Below, piece by piece: positions 10,304-20,193 of a stretch of 64,000 nucleotides of DNA. The stretch's first letter is position 1; every line of letters starts with the position of its first letter. The translations under genes were made by a program, and so were the position numbers. Source of the DNA: Alphaproteobacteria bacterium (lineage in GTDB: Bacteria > Pseudomonadota > Alphaproteobacteria > UBA828); NCBI GenBank assembly GCA_965214705.1, contig CBDCCI010000002.1, positions 608,001-672,000 of the forward strand. The letters run 5' to 3'. The notes beneath the pieces were generated by a model that was not told the origin of the DNA, ran no database searches, and worked only from the letters and a program-made list of their open reading frames with translations.

Positions 10304-11500
10304 TCAGGCGATCCTGGCGCCCGTCGGCACGAGACCGGTTTCAGAGAACCGCCACAAGGCGATGAGCAGCTTCCGGGCAAGTGCTACAACCATCACTCGA
10401 CGGATGCGCCCGCGCCCGCCAGCAGTGCGCTTTTCGAACCACTCGCTAAGTGCACTATCGGGCTGATGGCGCAGCCAGCGCCACGCCATTTCGATGAGTT
10501 GAGATCGGACCCAGCCAGGGCCATCTCGGCCGATCCCTTGGTCTCGGTGCGTGTCACCGCTCGCCCACGGGGTTGGCGCCAGGCCGACCCAGCTCGCGAG
10601 TTCGCGGCGGTTTCGGAAGTCGCGATAGAAAATCTCATTGGTGAGCAGGGTCGCATCGTTTTTGCCGATCCCCTTGAGCCGGGCCAGCGTTGCGATCTTC
10701 GCCGCCGCCTGTTTATCGCTCCCCTCCGAGACATCCGTGATCGGGAGGTCGGCTCCCGACCGTGCGACCGCGTCGCGCTCGGCCTCGACATCTGCGAGCT
10801 GTCGTTCCACCAAGGACAACCTCTCCTTGAGCCGCTCGATCTCCTTACGCGCCCGCGGCGGGAACGGTGAGCCGTACGCGGTCACCACTTCCGCGAACTC
10901 CTCCTCGAACTCCTTGGCTCGGGGGGCCAGGTCGAAGACCCCTTGCAGCTTGAGCAGCCCTTTGATCGAGTTCGTCAGTGAGGTCCGCTCTTTCACCAGC
11001 CGCCGACGCTCACGAAGCAGGCGCTTGCGGTCCTCTTCCTCCACGCTCGGCACCCGCACCCGGCTCAGCACTGCAGCGTCGCCTCGGTCGTGCGCCAGTA
11101 GCGCGCGCACCATCTTCTTCGCATCGATCCGATCCGTCTTGCGCTGCTTCGCTTTTCGGTTCACCAGCAGACTCGCCGGATCGAGCACCACTGTCTCAAT
11201 GGACATCTCCTGATCTAACCAGCGCACAAGCCAGAAGCCCTGGTAGCCCGCCTCGTAGCAACACAGAACACGCACCTCTCGGCCGAGAGCCTGTTCAGCC
11301 TTGGCTCGCTGCTTCTCGATCAATTCCTTGAGCCCTTCGACCGTCGCCGCGTCCACTGGCCCCAGTGAATGCAGCCCGATCCGATCACTGGCAGGGCTCT
11401 TCACTCCCACCACCCAGCTCTTTCCGCTGATCTCGATGGCAACGTACAGCGTGCTATGCTCTGCGTTGACCGGCGCGGCGGTCTCGTTCGTTGGGGACAT
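10304..11500 (-). CDS. IS110-family DEDD recombinase/transposase
   Basis: AIEISGKSW, CYEAG, KTDRIDA, GLAPTPWASG, VALARKLL; RBS before ATG 11500. Confidence 0.9.
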   Translation of the reverse strand: MSPTNETAAPVNAEHSTLYVAIEISGKSWVVGVKSPASDRIGLHSLGPVDAATVEGLKELIEKQRAKAEQALGREVRVLCCYEAGYQGFWLVRWLDQEMSIETVVLDPASLLVNRKAKQRKTDRIDAKKMVRALLAHDRGDAAVLSRVRVPSVEEEDRKRLLRERRRLVKERTSLTNSIKGLLKLQGVFDLAPRAKEFEEEFAEVVTAYGSPFPPRARKEIERLKERLSLVERQLADVEAERDAVARSGADLPITDVSEGSDKQAAAKIATLARLKGIGKNDATLLTNEIFYRDFRNRRELASWVGLAPTPWASGDTHRDQGIGRDGPGWVRSQLIEMAWRWLRHQPDSALSEWFEKRTAGGRGRIRRVMVVALARKLLIALWRFSETGLVPTGARIA

Positions 11501-14150
11501 CTCTTGTCTCCTGATGAGGTCTAGCGAGAACGGCACCGTAGTGCCGGTCTCCGAGTCGGCCCCATAGGATCTGAACTACAAGCCAGGGGCGTGATCTCGT
11601 TAGGCCGTGATCATCGGTGGCGTGCCCAGCACCGACGCCTTGCGCCGTCCTCCGCTCCAGCACCACGTCCAATCCACTCCGGCAACGCGCCTTCCGATCC
11701 TCTGATCGCCTCGCCAGCGACCTTCACCAGGAAGCCGATAGTGGCAGATGTGCTACCTGACGAAGACCCAGCCGCGTCGGAAGTCGAACTCGATCCGCAT
11801 GCGTTGCTCCGCTACTACAAATCCGCGCTCTTGTACGACCCGCGAGGGGCTCTGACTCAGACCGGTGACCGCCATGGCGAGACCTTCCAGCTTCTTGCCG
11901 GCGAGGGAAACCTGTTTCCGGCAAGCGACGAGGAAGTCATTGTACGAATTCGGGCCGACGATCTACCGGATGCCTTCCGCGAGGCCATGATCCGGCGCGA
12001 TGACGAGGAGAATGGAGTCGCTTTGGGGTGGCCGCTGGATCTGGGGCGTCAATCTGGCGCGCCGGCCATCCGACCGGTCGGGCTTCTCGCTGCTGTGTGG
12101 ACCCGGAACGAAGACTTCATCGAACTGCGAGTTGACGCGGACGATGTCCTCGTGAATCCCGATTGGGTGCAGAGTACGGCGCGAGTCACCGCGTGGACAC
12201 GGAACGACCTTCAGGACCTATTCCGCGGGAATGGAGGATCAGGGCTGCCGGGAGAGGAGTTTCTCGGGCGACTTCGTGAGGCGGGAGCGCGCGCCGTCAG
12301 GGGGAGCCTCACGGGCAACTGCTTCGCGGCCATGATCGACCCTGGCAACACAGGAATTCACGACGCGGTCGCTTTGTTCCTGTCATTGGGTTCCGTATTC
12401 ACCGCAGGAGCGGTACGCGATCTTGATGCCATTGCCACTTGGCCGTCTGAGGACCTCTCCCGCACCGCCCTCGCACCGCTCGTTGGTTTGCCCCATCATG
12501 CAGCGGTCAATGAAGTTCCACCGGTCAATGTTGGTCCGCTCAACATGGAGCAGATCGAGGCAACCGCCCTAGCAATGCGCGCTCCTCTTTCGGTGGTAAC
12601 GGGGCCGCCCGGCACCGGAAAAAGCCAGGTGATCGTAGCTATTGCAACGACCGCACTTTGGGCGGGGCAAACAGTAATCATCGCGTCCAAGAACCATCAA
12701 GGAAACGTGTAGCTGAGATACGCGCTAATCTGGCGGCTCTTGGACCTATAAAGAATCCAGTTACGTCAACTCAAGAAATTGCGTCGTTGGCCCGGCAATT
12801 AGTCGGCCAACGTGTCACTGCGCTGAGTACTCCCGACGAAGGAACGCGCGTGGCGCTCTCCAACGCCCACGATGACCTTCAGCTGCGCGGCCACAACACG
12901 GTAGACCGCGAGTTGGCCAAGAGCGTGCTGCTGCATCGACCGCTCTGGCTCGCCTCTGTCCTCGGATCGCCGAGACGAATCCCATTGGAAGGCGGATTGT
13001 TCGATCTGGCAATTTTCGATGAGGCGAGCCAATGCGACATTGGGTCTGCGTTGCCGGTACTCGCCCGAGCGCGTCGCGCTGTCGTCGTAGGAGACGATAG
13101 GCAACTCTCCTTCATCCCTCAGTTGGGGATCGCACAAGACCGAAATCTAATGGCGGCGCAGCAGCTACCCCAGAGCGGGATGGGGCGGTTCGCGCAGAGT
13201 CGCAAGAGTCTTTTTGATCTGGCTCGGTCCACGCCGGACGTTCCCGCGGTAATGTTACGTGACCAATACCGCTCCGCAACCGATATCGTTGCCTACATTA
13301 ACCAAGATTTCTACGGCGGTAGGCTTCGTGTTGCCGCCAACCAAGACGAAATGCGCGTACCGACAACTTCACGTCCCGGCCTCCACTGGACGCACGTGCC
13401 GCCAGCACCCCAGTTGGATCATGGCTGCGGCAATGTGAGCACTGCGGAAACGCGCGCCATCGTCACGCACTTGGAGGAACTTCTTCTCAAGCAAGATTAC
13501 GATGGTAGTGTCGGTGTGGTATCCCCATTTCGCCCGCAGGTAGCAGCTCTAGCCGAGGCTATTACCGCGTGCATCCCTGGGCATCGCCGACTCGCCGCAA
13601 ACTTGCGTGTGGGCACGGTTGACGCATTCCAGGGTCAAGAACGGGACATAATCTTGTTCTCGCCGGTCGTTCACAACCTAATAGCGCCGAGCGCGATCGC
13701 CTTCCTTCAAAAAGACTGGCGGCGCTTTAACGTGGCGATTAGCCGGGCGCGCGCGGTTGCCCATGTATTCGGCGACCTGGAGTTTGCCCGCAGAGGAGCC
13801 GTGCGGCGGTTGCGAAGCCTCGCAGCTCGCGCCACCGAGCCGCGCCAAGCACCGGCGGAAGGCGTCTTCGACAGCACTTGGGAACGTCGAGTATACGAAG
13901 CTCTGCGTACGCGCGGCTTGGATCCCAAACCGCAATACGAGATCGCGGGTCGCCGGCTTGATTTCGCCGTGTTCGGTGCAGGCAGCACAAAACTTGACAT
14001 CGAAGTCGACGGTCGCCGCTGGCACCAGGACATCGACGGTAACCGAAAATTAGATGACCATTGGCGGGATCACCAGCTGCGTTCTCTCGGCTGGAAGGTT
14101 CGTCGCTTCTGGGTAGATGAGCTGGACATGGACTTGGAGAGTTGTCTTGA

Positions 14151-16310
14151 CCCAAGTTGGCACTTTTCCGCTGCCTGTGTTCCCTATTGGTTTGATTCAA
14201 CGCGATATTTTTCTCGGTCGATTCCAACATGGCCCCACATTTTGTGAGATTCTGTCAGCTCATCAGACGGGTCCTCGTGCGGTGGATGGCGGGGTCCACG
14301 CCCGCCGCCGAGGAGATTGCGGCAACCTCGGCGGCCGGGCGCGTGTCCTGGCGGTTGACGATCAAGGTGCCGTCGGTCTGGCGCAGGCGCGTGGTGATCC
14401 GCACCCAGGTCCGCATGCTCTCGCGGATCGACGCCCAGCACTTGTGGATGCCGCGCGCGGCCAGCCGGGTACGGATCAGATGCACGGCGTGGTAGGCCAG
14501 CACGGCGATCAGCAGGTGGGCCGCGATGCGCCGGTCGAGCTGGTGCCAGATCGGGCGAAGGCCGAGCTCGGATTTCAGGCTCCGGAATGTCGCCTCGATA
14601 TCCGTGATCCGCCAGTACGTCCGCAGGACCGTCTCGATGTCCCAGTCGACGTGGCTGGTGCGCAGCACATAGGCACCGGCGCCCTCATCGGCCTCGTCGT
14701 ATCGCGGCCTGCGCTTGAAGCGCACGGCGGTGGCATTGGGGCCGGTTTTCGCCCTCTCGACCGTGATCTCGTAGTGCCTGGCGACGGCGGAGAAGCGCTG
14801 CTTGAGGCGGCCTATGCTCTCCAGCACCTTGTCGTAGCGCTTGAGGCGGCCCTTGACCGGGAGGCCGCCGTGGAGCCTTTCCAGCGCCGCCTCGAAGCGG
14901 TTCCGCCTCAGGCCGATGATCGCGTTCTCGGCCTTCTTCTTGCCCTCGCTGACGACGTAGAGCCGCGCCTCGCCGTCCTCGCTGGCAAGCCGCCAGGCCC
15001 GCACCTCGTGGCGCGCGCTGGTGATCAGCAGGGCCTCGGGTCCGCCCTCGGGCGGCGCAGGCCTGGCACCGCGGCTGACCGCGATCCAGTCGTAGCCCTG
15101 CTCGCCCAGCCACGCGATGTTTTTCTCGGTGGCGATGCCCGCGTCCATGACCACCGTGGGCTTCGGCGCCGTGCCGCCGCACACCGCCTCGAGCCGCGCC
15201 AGCGCCTCGTGCAGCGTGCCCGGCTCGCTCACGTTGCCCGGCAGGATCTCGCAACTGCGCGGGAAGCCCGCGCCGTCGAGCGCCAGCGCCAGCGTGATGA
15301 GGGGACAGTCGTCGCGCTTCTGCTTGGAGCGCCCGAACCTGGGAAGCTCGCCGCCCGTGTGGCCGTGGTAGTGGACGTTGGTGAGATCGTAGAAGGCGAT
15401 CGTCTCGGGCAGGTCGAGCAGTGCGCGCTCACGGTTGAACAGCTCCCGCTGGATGGCGGCGCGGTGGCGCCAGAGCAGGTCGCCGATGCGGTAGAGCGTC
15501 TTGCGCCGCAGCGCCTTGCGGTCGCCCTCCAGGCCCAGGAGCTCGGCGGCCGCGCTGTCGTGGCGGAGCCAGCGGCTGGTATCACGCTCGCTGGCGGGAT
15601 GGACCATCCTGGCGACGATCAGCGCGCTGGCGATGCGCCCGTCGCGGCCCTTGATGTCGAGGCCGTGGAGGATTTCGGCGAAGCCGAGGGCGTCGAGGGC
15701 CTTGAGGCACAGGCGCTCGCAGCCGACCGTGCGCGGGTTCTCGTGCTCCAGGGTATCGAGGTCGACGGTGGCGATGTCGGGCTTGCGCGCCTCTTCCTGC
15801 ATCGCCTCGACGCGGAACCCCCTGGCCCTGAGCTTGGCGACGATGTCCTCGGCTGCGGCCCGCACATCCGCCTCGCCCTCGAACAGCGGCGGCTTGCCGT
15901 GAAGCAGCGCCTCGGCGAGTTCGGTGACGGCCTTCCACTTCTCGCGCGGCACCGGATAGTCGGTGCCGAGATTGAGCAGCGTCCTGTGGCGCACCTTGTC
16001 GCCGACGCGCTGGGCGAGCACGAGGCGATGGCTTCGGACCGGCTGGCCGGCCTTGTCGGTGTGTGTCCTGGTTGCCTTGATGTACATGGCGGCGCCGTTT
16101 CTGCGATGCCTGTTTCGCATACACGGCGTTCGCGGCATCTGGCAAGAGGGATATCGACTCAACTCCAAAGTCCTGGCCCCACAATTGGCTTCCAGGACCA
16201 CGAATGGCAAATGTGGGTCTCAGGTGTCCTCCAACCCCAACATCTAGTGGTTCAGCGCCGCAAAACTGGCTCGAACAGGCTCGGCTGGTCGGAAAAAGTG
16301 CCAACTTGGG
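14151..16310 (-). mobile_element. IS1634-family insertion sequence, copy 2 (2160 bp)
   Basis: Terminal IRs cccaagttggcactttt / aaaagtgccaacttggg; 4-bp duplication TTGA at 14147-14150 and 16311-16314. Confidence 0.9.
14255..16087 (-). CDS. IS1634-family DDE transposase
   Basis: Nearly identical to 1117-2946 beyond the first ~75 residues. Confidence 0.9.
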   Translation of the reverse strand: MYIKATRTHTDKAGQPVRSHRLVLAQRVGDKVRHRTLLNLGTDYPVPREKWKAVTELAEALLHGKPPLFEGEADVRAAAEDIVAKLRARGFRVEAMQEEARKPDIATVDLDTLEHENPRTVGCERLCLKALDALGFAEILHGLDIKGRDGRIASALIVARMVHPASERDTSRWLRHDSAAAELLGLEGDRKALRRKTLYRIGDLLWRHRAAIQRELFNRERALLDLPETIAFYDLTNVHYHGHTGGELPRFGRSKQKRDDCPLITLALALDGAGFPRSCEILPGNVSEPGTLHEALARLEAVCGGTAPKPTVVMDAGIATEKNIAWLGEQGYDWIAVSRGARPAPPEGGPEALLITSARHEVRAWRLASEDGEARLYVVSEGKKKAENAIIGLRRNRFEAALERLHGGLPVKGRLKRYDKVLESIGRLKQRFSAVARHYEITVERAKTGPNATAVRFKRRPRYDEADEGAGAYVLRTSHVDWDIETVLRTYWRITDIEATFRSLKSELGLRPIWHQLDRRIAAHLLIAVLAYHAVHLIRTRLAARGIHKCWASIRESMRTWVRITTRLRQTDGTLIVNRQDTRPAAEVAAISSAAGVDPAIHRTRTRLMS

Positions 16311-18128
16311 TTGACGTCATCGAACGAGACCTTTCGTAAGTCCCGGGCGTACACTTGGACCGCAGGTCTCGCTGCGTTGGCGACGATCAGCCTGTTGGGC
16401 GTTCTTGTCTGGAAGGTGAATGAACTCGAAGGCGAATTTGGCGCCATTCGAGATGATCGTGCCCGCATAGAGGAGGCTTTGACCGCGGGCCGGTCTGAGA
16501 TTGCCGAGCTTGCGGACCGTCGCGATACTCTTCAAACAGAACTTACGGAGTTGGGGGGCGAGGTGCGCCTCGCCCGGGCCGCGCGCACCGAACTCGGCAG
16601 CTTGGAAATCGCGGTGGAGGATGCGAGGAAGAAGCTCTCGGAGCTACGGGCCGAGCAACAGGACATCCAGGACAGTCTCGCAACACGTGAGCGGATCCAG
16701 GCCGACCTCTCGTCGACGCGAGACGCTCTTCTGACTGCTGAGACTCAACGCGACGCACTCCTTTCAGAAATCGAGGAGATTGAGGATCGCCTCGCGAAAG
16801 CGGAACAATCTGCCACGGCTGTTGAGAAGGCGCGTGATGATCTGGTTTCGCAACGTGATCGTCTGACGGCTGATCGAGATCAGTTGCAAGCAGAGTTGAG
16901 CAGTCTAGAAAGGGAGCGGCGCCGTCTCGAAGGCATAGAGCAGGAACTCACAAGCGCCCGCACCACACTTGCGGGTGTGAACTCGGAAGCCAAGGCCACC
17001 GAGGCCCGGCGGGCAGGGGCAGAGGAACAGCTCAGCGGCATCCTCGCAGACATTCAAGCCGCCCAAGCAGAAAAGGATGCGATCGCCACCGATATTGGGA
17101 CAACCACCGAACGCCGCGCCGCACTGGCGGAGGAAGTCGCTTCGCTCATTGCACGTCGGGACGATCTGCAGACAGGCGTGGCGGCCCTTGAGGGACGACT
17201 GCGCGAGGCAGATAGTCTCCAGGGCCGACTCGACGCCAAGCGGCAGTTGGTGAGACAAACCGATACCGAACTGCAGGCTCTCAGGGGTGAGATAGCAGCC
17301 GAGCTGGAACGGTTAGACGAGGTACGTCAGGCCCGAATTGTCACCGAGGCTCGAACCGCGGAACGGCGGACCAAGTTGGAGGCGCTGGAGAAGAATCTGG
17401 GGGAGACCGAGTCTCAACAAACGGATGCCGCAGCCCAGCTTGGACGCATCCAAGCCGAAGCTGACACTTTACAAGAGCGCAAAGATGCACTGCTGATCGA
17501 GATACGCGACCTCGCCGCCAAGCAGGCAGCGGGACAGCAGGCCCTTGAGGAAGCACGCGTCGCACGCGCTTCCCTCGAGGGGGAGTCAGCGCAGCGATCC
17601 ACGGAACTGTTAAGTCTGCGGCGTCGGATTGAAGAAGAAGAGAATCGTATCAAGGATCTCCAGACGCAAGTAGCTGCAATACGAGCAGACCTCTCGGTTC
17701 TCGAAGAGCTGCGGAACGACATCGAAGCCAAGCGCGTTGCGGCTCGGGAAGATTTGAACCGGGCCGAGAGAGATATCGCGGCAACTCGTGCCGAGGCGGC
17801 CGAGGAACACGCGGCAGTTGAACGACTGGAAAGGCGCAACACCGAGCTGCAAATACTGATTACCGCATTGGAAACACGGCAGAATATACTCCAAGAGACA
17901 CTCAAGGAAATGGAGCGAACCGCAACCGAGTCCCGAGAGTTGCTCCGCATGCTTGATCAACAGATCCGCGAGAAACGCGAAGCCCTCGACTCAATCGAGG
18001 ATCAACGTACAGCCGTGAATGGCGAGCGGCCGGCCACCGAAACTAAGCCATCACTTAGCCCCGACGACGACGGCGCAGACGGCTCTGCCGCTGGTCGTCC
18101 GCCCACCAGCGTAGGATCCTCTGACTAA
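16311..18128 (+). CDS. membrane-anchored long coiled-coil protein (CnuA-like)
   Basis: N-terminal hydrophobic helix WTAGLAALATISLLGVLVW followed by >500 aa of heptad-rich E/R/L/A sequence; TAATG overlap with the next gene. Confidence 0.8.
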   Translation: MTSSNETFRKSRAYTWTAGLAALATISLLGVLVWKVNELEGEFGAIRDDRARIEEALTAGRSEIAELADRRDTLQTELTELGGEVRLARAARTELGSLEIAVEDARKKLSELRAEQQDIQDSLATRERIQADLSSTRDALLTAETQRDALLSEIEEIEDRLAKAEQSATAVEKARDDLVSQRDRLTADRDQLQAELSSLERERRRLEGIEQELTSARTTLAGVNSEAKATEARRAGAEEQLSGILADIQAAQAEKDAIATDIGTTTERRAALAEEVASLIARRDDLQTGVAALEGRLREADSLQGRLDAKRQLVRQTDTELQALRGEIAAELERLDEVRQARIVTEARTAERRTKLEALEKNLGETESQQTDAAAQLGRIQAEADTLQERKDALLIEIRDLAAKQAAGQQALEEARVARASLEGESAQRSTELLSLRRRIEEEENRIKDLQTQVAAIRADLSVLEELRNDIEAKRVAAREDLNRAERDIAATRAEAAEEHAAVERLERRNTELQILITALETRQNILQETLKEMERTATESRELLRMLDQQIREKREALDSIEDQRTAVNGERPATETKPSLSPDDDGADGSAAGRPPTSVGSSD

Positions 18129-20191
18129 TGGACCCTCTCGTTCTCACAGTTCTCATTGCCGCATTCGGACTTGCTACGCTCGTCTTCGTCACAGTGCTCG
18201 TGGCGGCTCGCGCGGATCATCAGGTCACGATCCGCGGGCCAATGGCCACGCTTGAAGAGCTCGACCGTCAAATCGATACAAAGCGCGGAACGCTCGTCGA
18301 TCTTGACAACGATCTTAAGCAGCGACGTGAAGCTCTCGCCGACGTGGCCGGCATACAGGCTGAGGTAGACGCTCTAGTCCGCCAGCGAGACGAATTGCTC
18401 ATAGAGCACCAGCAGTTAGAAAACCGGCGCCAAGAAGTCCATGCAGTCCGCGAAGAAACTGAAGAGGCCACTGCACGATATGCGGACGCGACGCGGAACC
18501 TCGCAGAAAAGGTGGCCGAACTTGAGCATGTTCAAACAGAACTTGCTCAGGCTCGCCGCCTTGTTGACGAGATCGACGAATTGACGGAGCACCACAAGGC
18601 TCTTTCGGACAAGACCACGAAACTCCGAAGCGAGGTAGCCGAATTGGAAGATCTCCTCCGACAACAGGAGTCCCTCCGCGGTCGCATGCTGGAATTGGAA
18701 CGGGATATGGTCCGACTCGACGCGGATATTGAGACACGCCGAGCTCAACGGGAGGTTGCCGAAGCCGAAGCACAATCTGCAGAACAAAGGCTTGGCGCAC
18801 TGCGGACGGATCTCGTTGAGGTCGCCGCTGCTTCGGCGGTCGCAAGCCAAGAAGCCCGAGAGTTGGAGGGCAAAATTGATGAGTTGCAGAAGCAGAGGAC
18901 CGAGTTGGATGCACGCGTGGTACAATTGGACGCAGAAATCCAAGAAAAGCAAAAGAAACGCGTGCAACTTGGGGCGACGACGAAAGGTGACGATGACAAC
19001 AAACTAGCGGAGCTTACACGACCCCCGCAGTGTCTCGTTGCAGCCAAGAAGAGTGGATGGACAAAGCCGTTAGGCATAAGGAGCGAGAGAGATTTACTGA
19101 GCGCGGTGGAGGAATCACTGAAGCAGGCGGGACTGACATTCGGACAACGCACGATCTACGCCTTTCATACGGCGCTCAAGGTGGCAGACGTATCACCGAT
19201 GACCGTTTTGGCGGGAATCAGCGGTACCGGAAAGAGCCAGCTTCCCCGCGCTTATGCGGCCGCCATGGGAATCCACTTCCTCCAAGTTCCAGTACAGCCG
19301 AGGTGGGACAGTCCGCAGGATTTGATGGGCTTCTATAACTTCGTCGACAAGCGATACCGGGCAACAGATCTTGCTCGTCTACTCGCGCACCTAGACTCCG
19401 AGAATTGGCCCAGTATAGCCGGCGAGTGGCAAGACCGAATGGCGCTGGTGCTGCTGGACGAAATGAATTTAGCCCGAACAGAGTATTACTTCTCTGACTT
19501 CCTGAGTCGATTGGAAATGCGCCCGCATCGCAATGAGAACAGCGATCTTGCACGACGCGCTGACGCAGAGATCGAACTCGATATTCCCGTAGAAGGCAAC
19601 GGCTCATCCCGACGAATCTACGTCGGCTATCGTGTCCTCTTCGCGGGCACAATGAACGAGGACGAGAGTACACAGACCCTCTCAGACAAGGTGCTCGACC
19701 GCTCAAACGTTCTGCGTTTCACCCGGCCGGAAAAGCTGGTGTTTGATGGTGACGGCACGCATGATAACGACCCGGCAAGCGGATATCTCGACGCCGCTCA
19801 GTGGGACCGATGGATTGACGATTCCGGGCAGCACGTCGACAAGGAACGTATCGAGACAGCGATTGAAAATCTGAACCGTATATTGGGAAGGGCACAGCGC
19901 GGATTCGGGCACCGAATGGCGCAGGCAATTGAACGCTATGCACGGCAGTACCCCAACGCCGACGACTGGCGACTTGCGATAGCAGATCAGGTCGAAATGC
20001 GCGTGTTGCCTAAGCTGCGCGGGGTGGACCTCGCGGATCCGGCGACCGAGAGCGCGCTGAAGGAGCTCATGCAGTACACCACCCAAGAGCTTCAGGATCA
20101 TGATTTGGGGGAAGCCATCGGACGCGATGTTTCCGCTGGTGAAGAGCGGGGCCTGTTTGCCTGGGGTGGGCTCGACCGCCAAGGGCACTGA
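18128..20191 (+). CDS. TM-coiled-coil McrB-like AAA+ GTPase (CnuB-like)
   Basis: N-terminal TM helix, coiled coil, GISGTGKS, VQPRWDSPQDLMG, LLDEMNLAR.EYYFSDFLS, GTMNEDES (NxD), LSDKVLDRS. Confidence 0.85.
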   Translation: MDPLVLTVLIAAFGLATLVFVTVLVAARADHQVTIRGPMATLEELDRQIDTKRGTLVDLDNDLKQRREALADVAGIQAEVDALVRQRDELLIEHQQLENRRQEVHAVREETEEATARYADATRNLAEKVAELEHVQTELAQARRLVDEIDELTEHHKALSDKTTKLRSEVAELEDLLRQQESLRGRMLELERDMVRLDADIETRRAQREVAEAEAQSAEQRLGALRTDLVEVAAASAVASQEARELEGKIDELQKQRTELDARVVQLDAEIQEKQKKRVQLGATTKGDDDNKLAELTRPPQCLVAAKKSGWTKPLGIRSERDLLSAVEESLKQAGLTFGQRTIYAFHTALKVADVSPMTVLAGISGTGKSQLPRAYAAAMGIHFLQVPVQPRWDSPQDLMGFYNFVDKRYRATDLARLLAHLDSENWPSIAGEWQDRMALVLLDEMNLARTEYYFSDFLSRLEMRPHRNENSDLARRADAEIELDIPVEGNGSSRRIYVGYRVLFAGTMNEDESTQTLSDKVLDRSNVLRFTRPEKLVFDGDGTHDNDPASGYLDAAQWDRWIDDSGQHVDKERIETAIENLNRILGRAQRGFGHRMAQAIERYARQYPNADDWRLAIADQVEMRVLPKLRGVDLADPATESALKELMQYTTQELQDHDLGEAIGRDVSAGEERGLFAWGGLDRQGH

Positions 20192-20193
20192 GG

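Larger units (their letters stand above)
9968..11570 (-). mobile_element. IS110-family (IS1111-type layout) element
   Basis: CT dinucleotide on both sides (9966-9967, 11571-11572); subterminal IR tatggggc (9970-9977) / gccccata (11559-11566); long 3' non-coding end. Confidence 0.85.
9845..16339 (+). pseudogene. SF1 (UPF1/DNA2-like) helicase with N-terminal wHTH-like region and C-terminal DUF559/Vsr-like nuclease; CnuH-like; disrupted three times
   Basis: Pieces 9845-9967, 11573-~12700, ~12700-14150 and 16315-16339. Motifs GPPGTGKS, FDEASQ, VGDDRQL, QYRS, TVDAFQGQERD, RFNVAISRAR, then RLDFA..IEVDGRRWH..RDHQLRSLGWKVRRFW. Both IS junctions rejoin in frame. Confidence 0.85.

Noticed and set aside
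891-16310. Composite transposon bounded by the two inverted IS1634 copies
   Set aside because: Each copy has its own target duplication (ACGA, TTGA) and interrupts a different gene, so they are independent insertions.
16311-18128. SMC or chromosome-segregation protein
   Set aside because: No Walker motifs or hinge; TM anchor and operon context point to a defence coiled-coil subunit.
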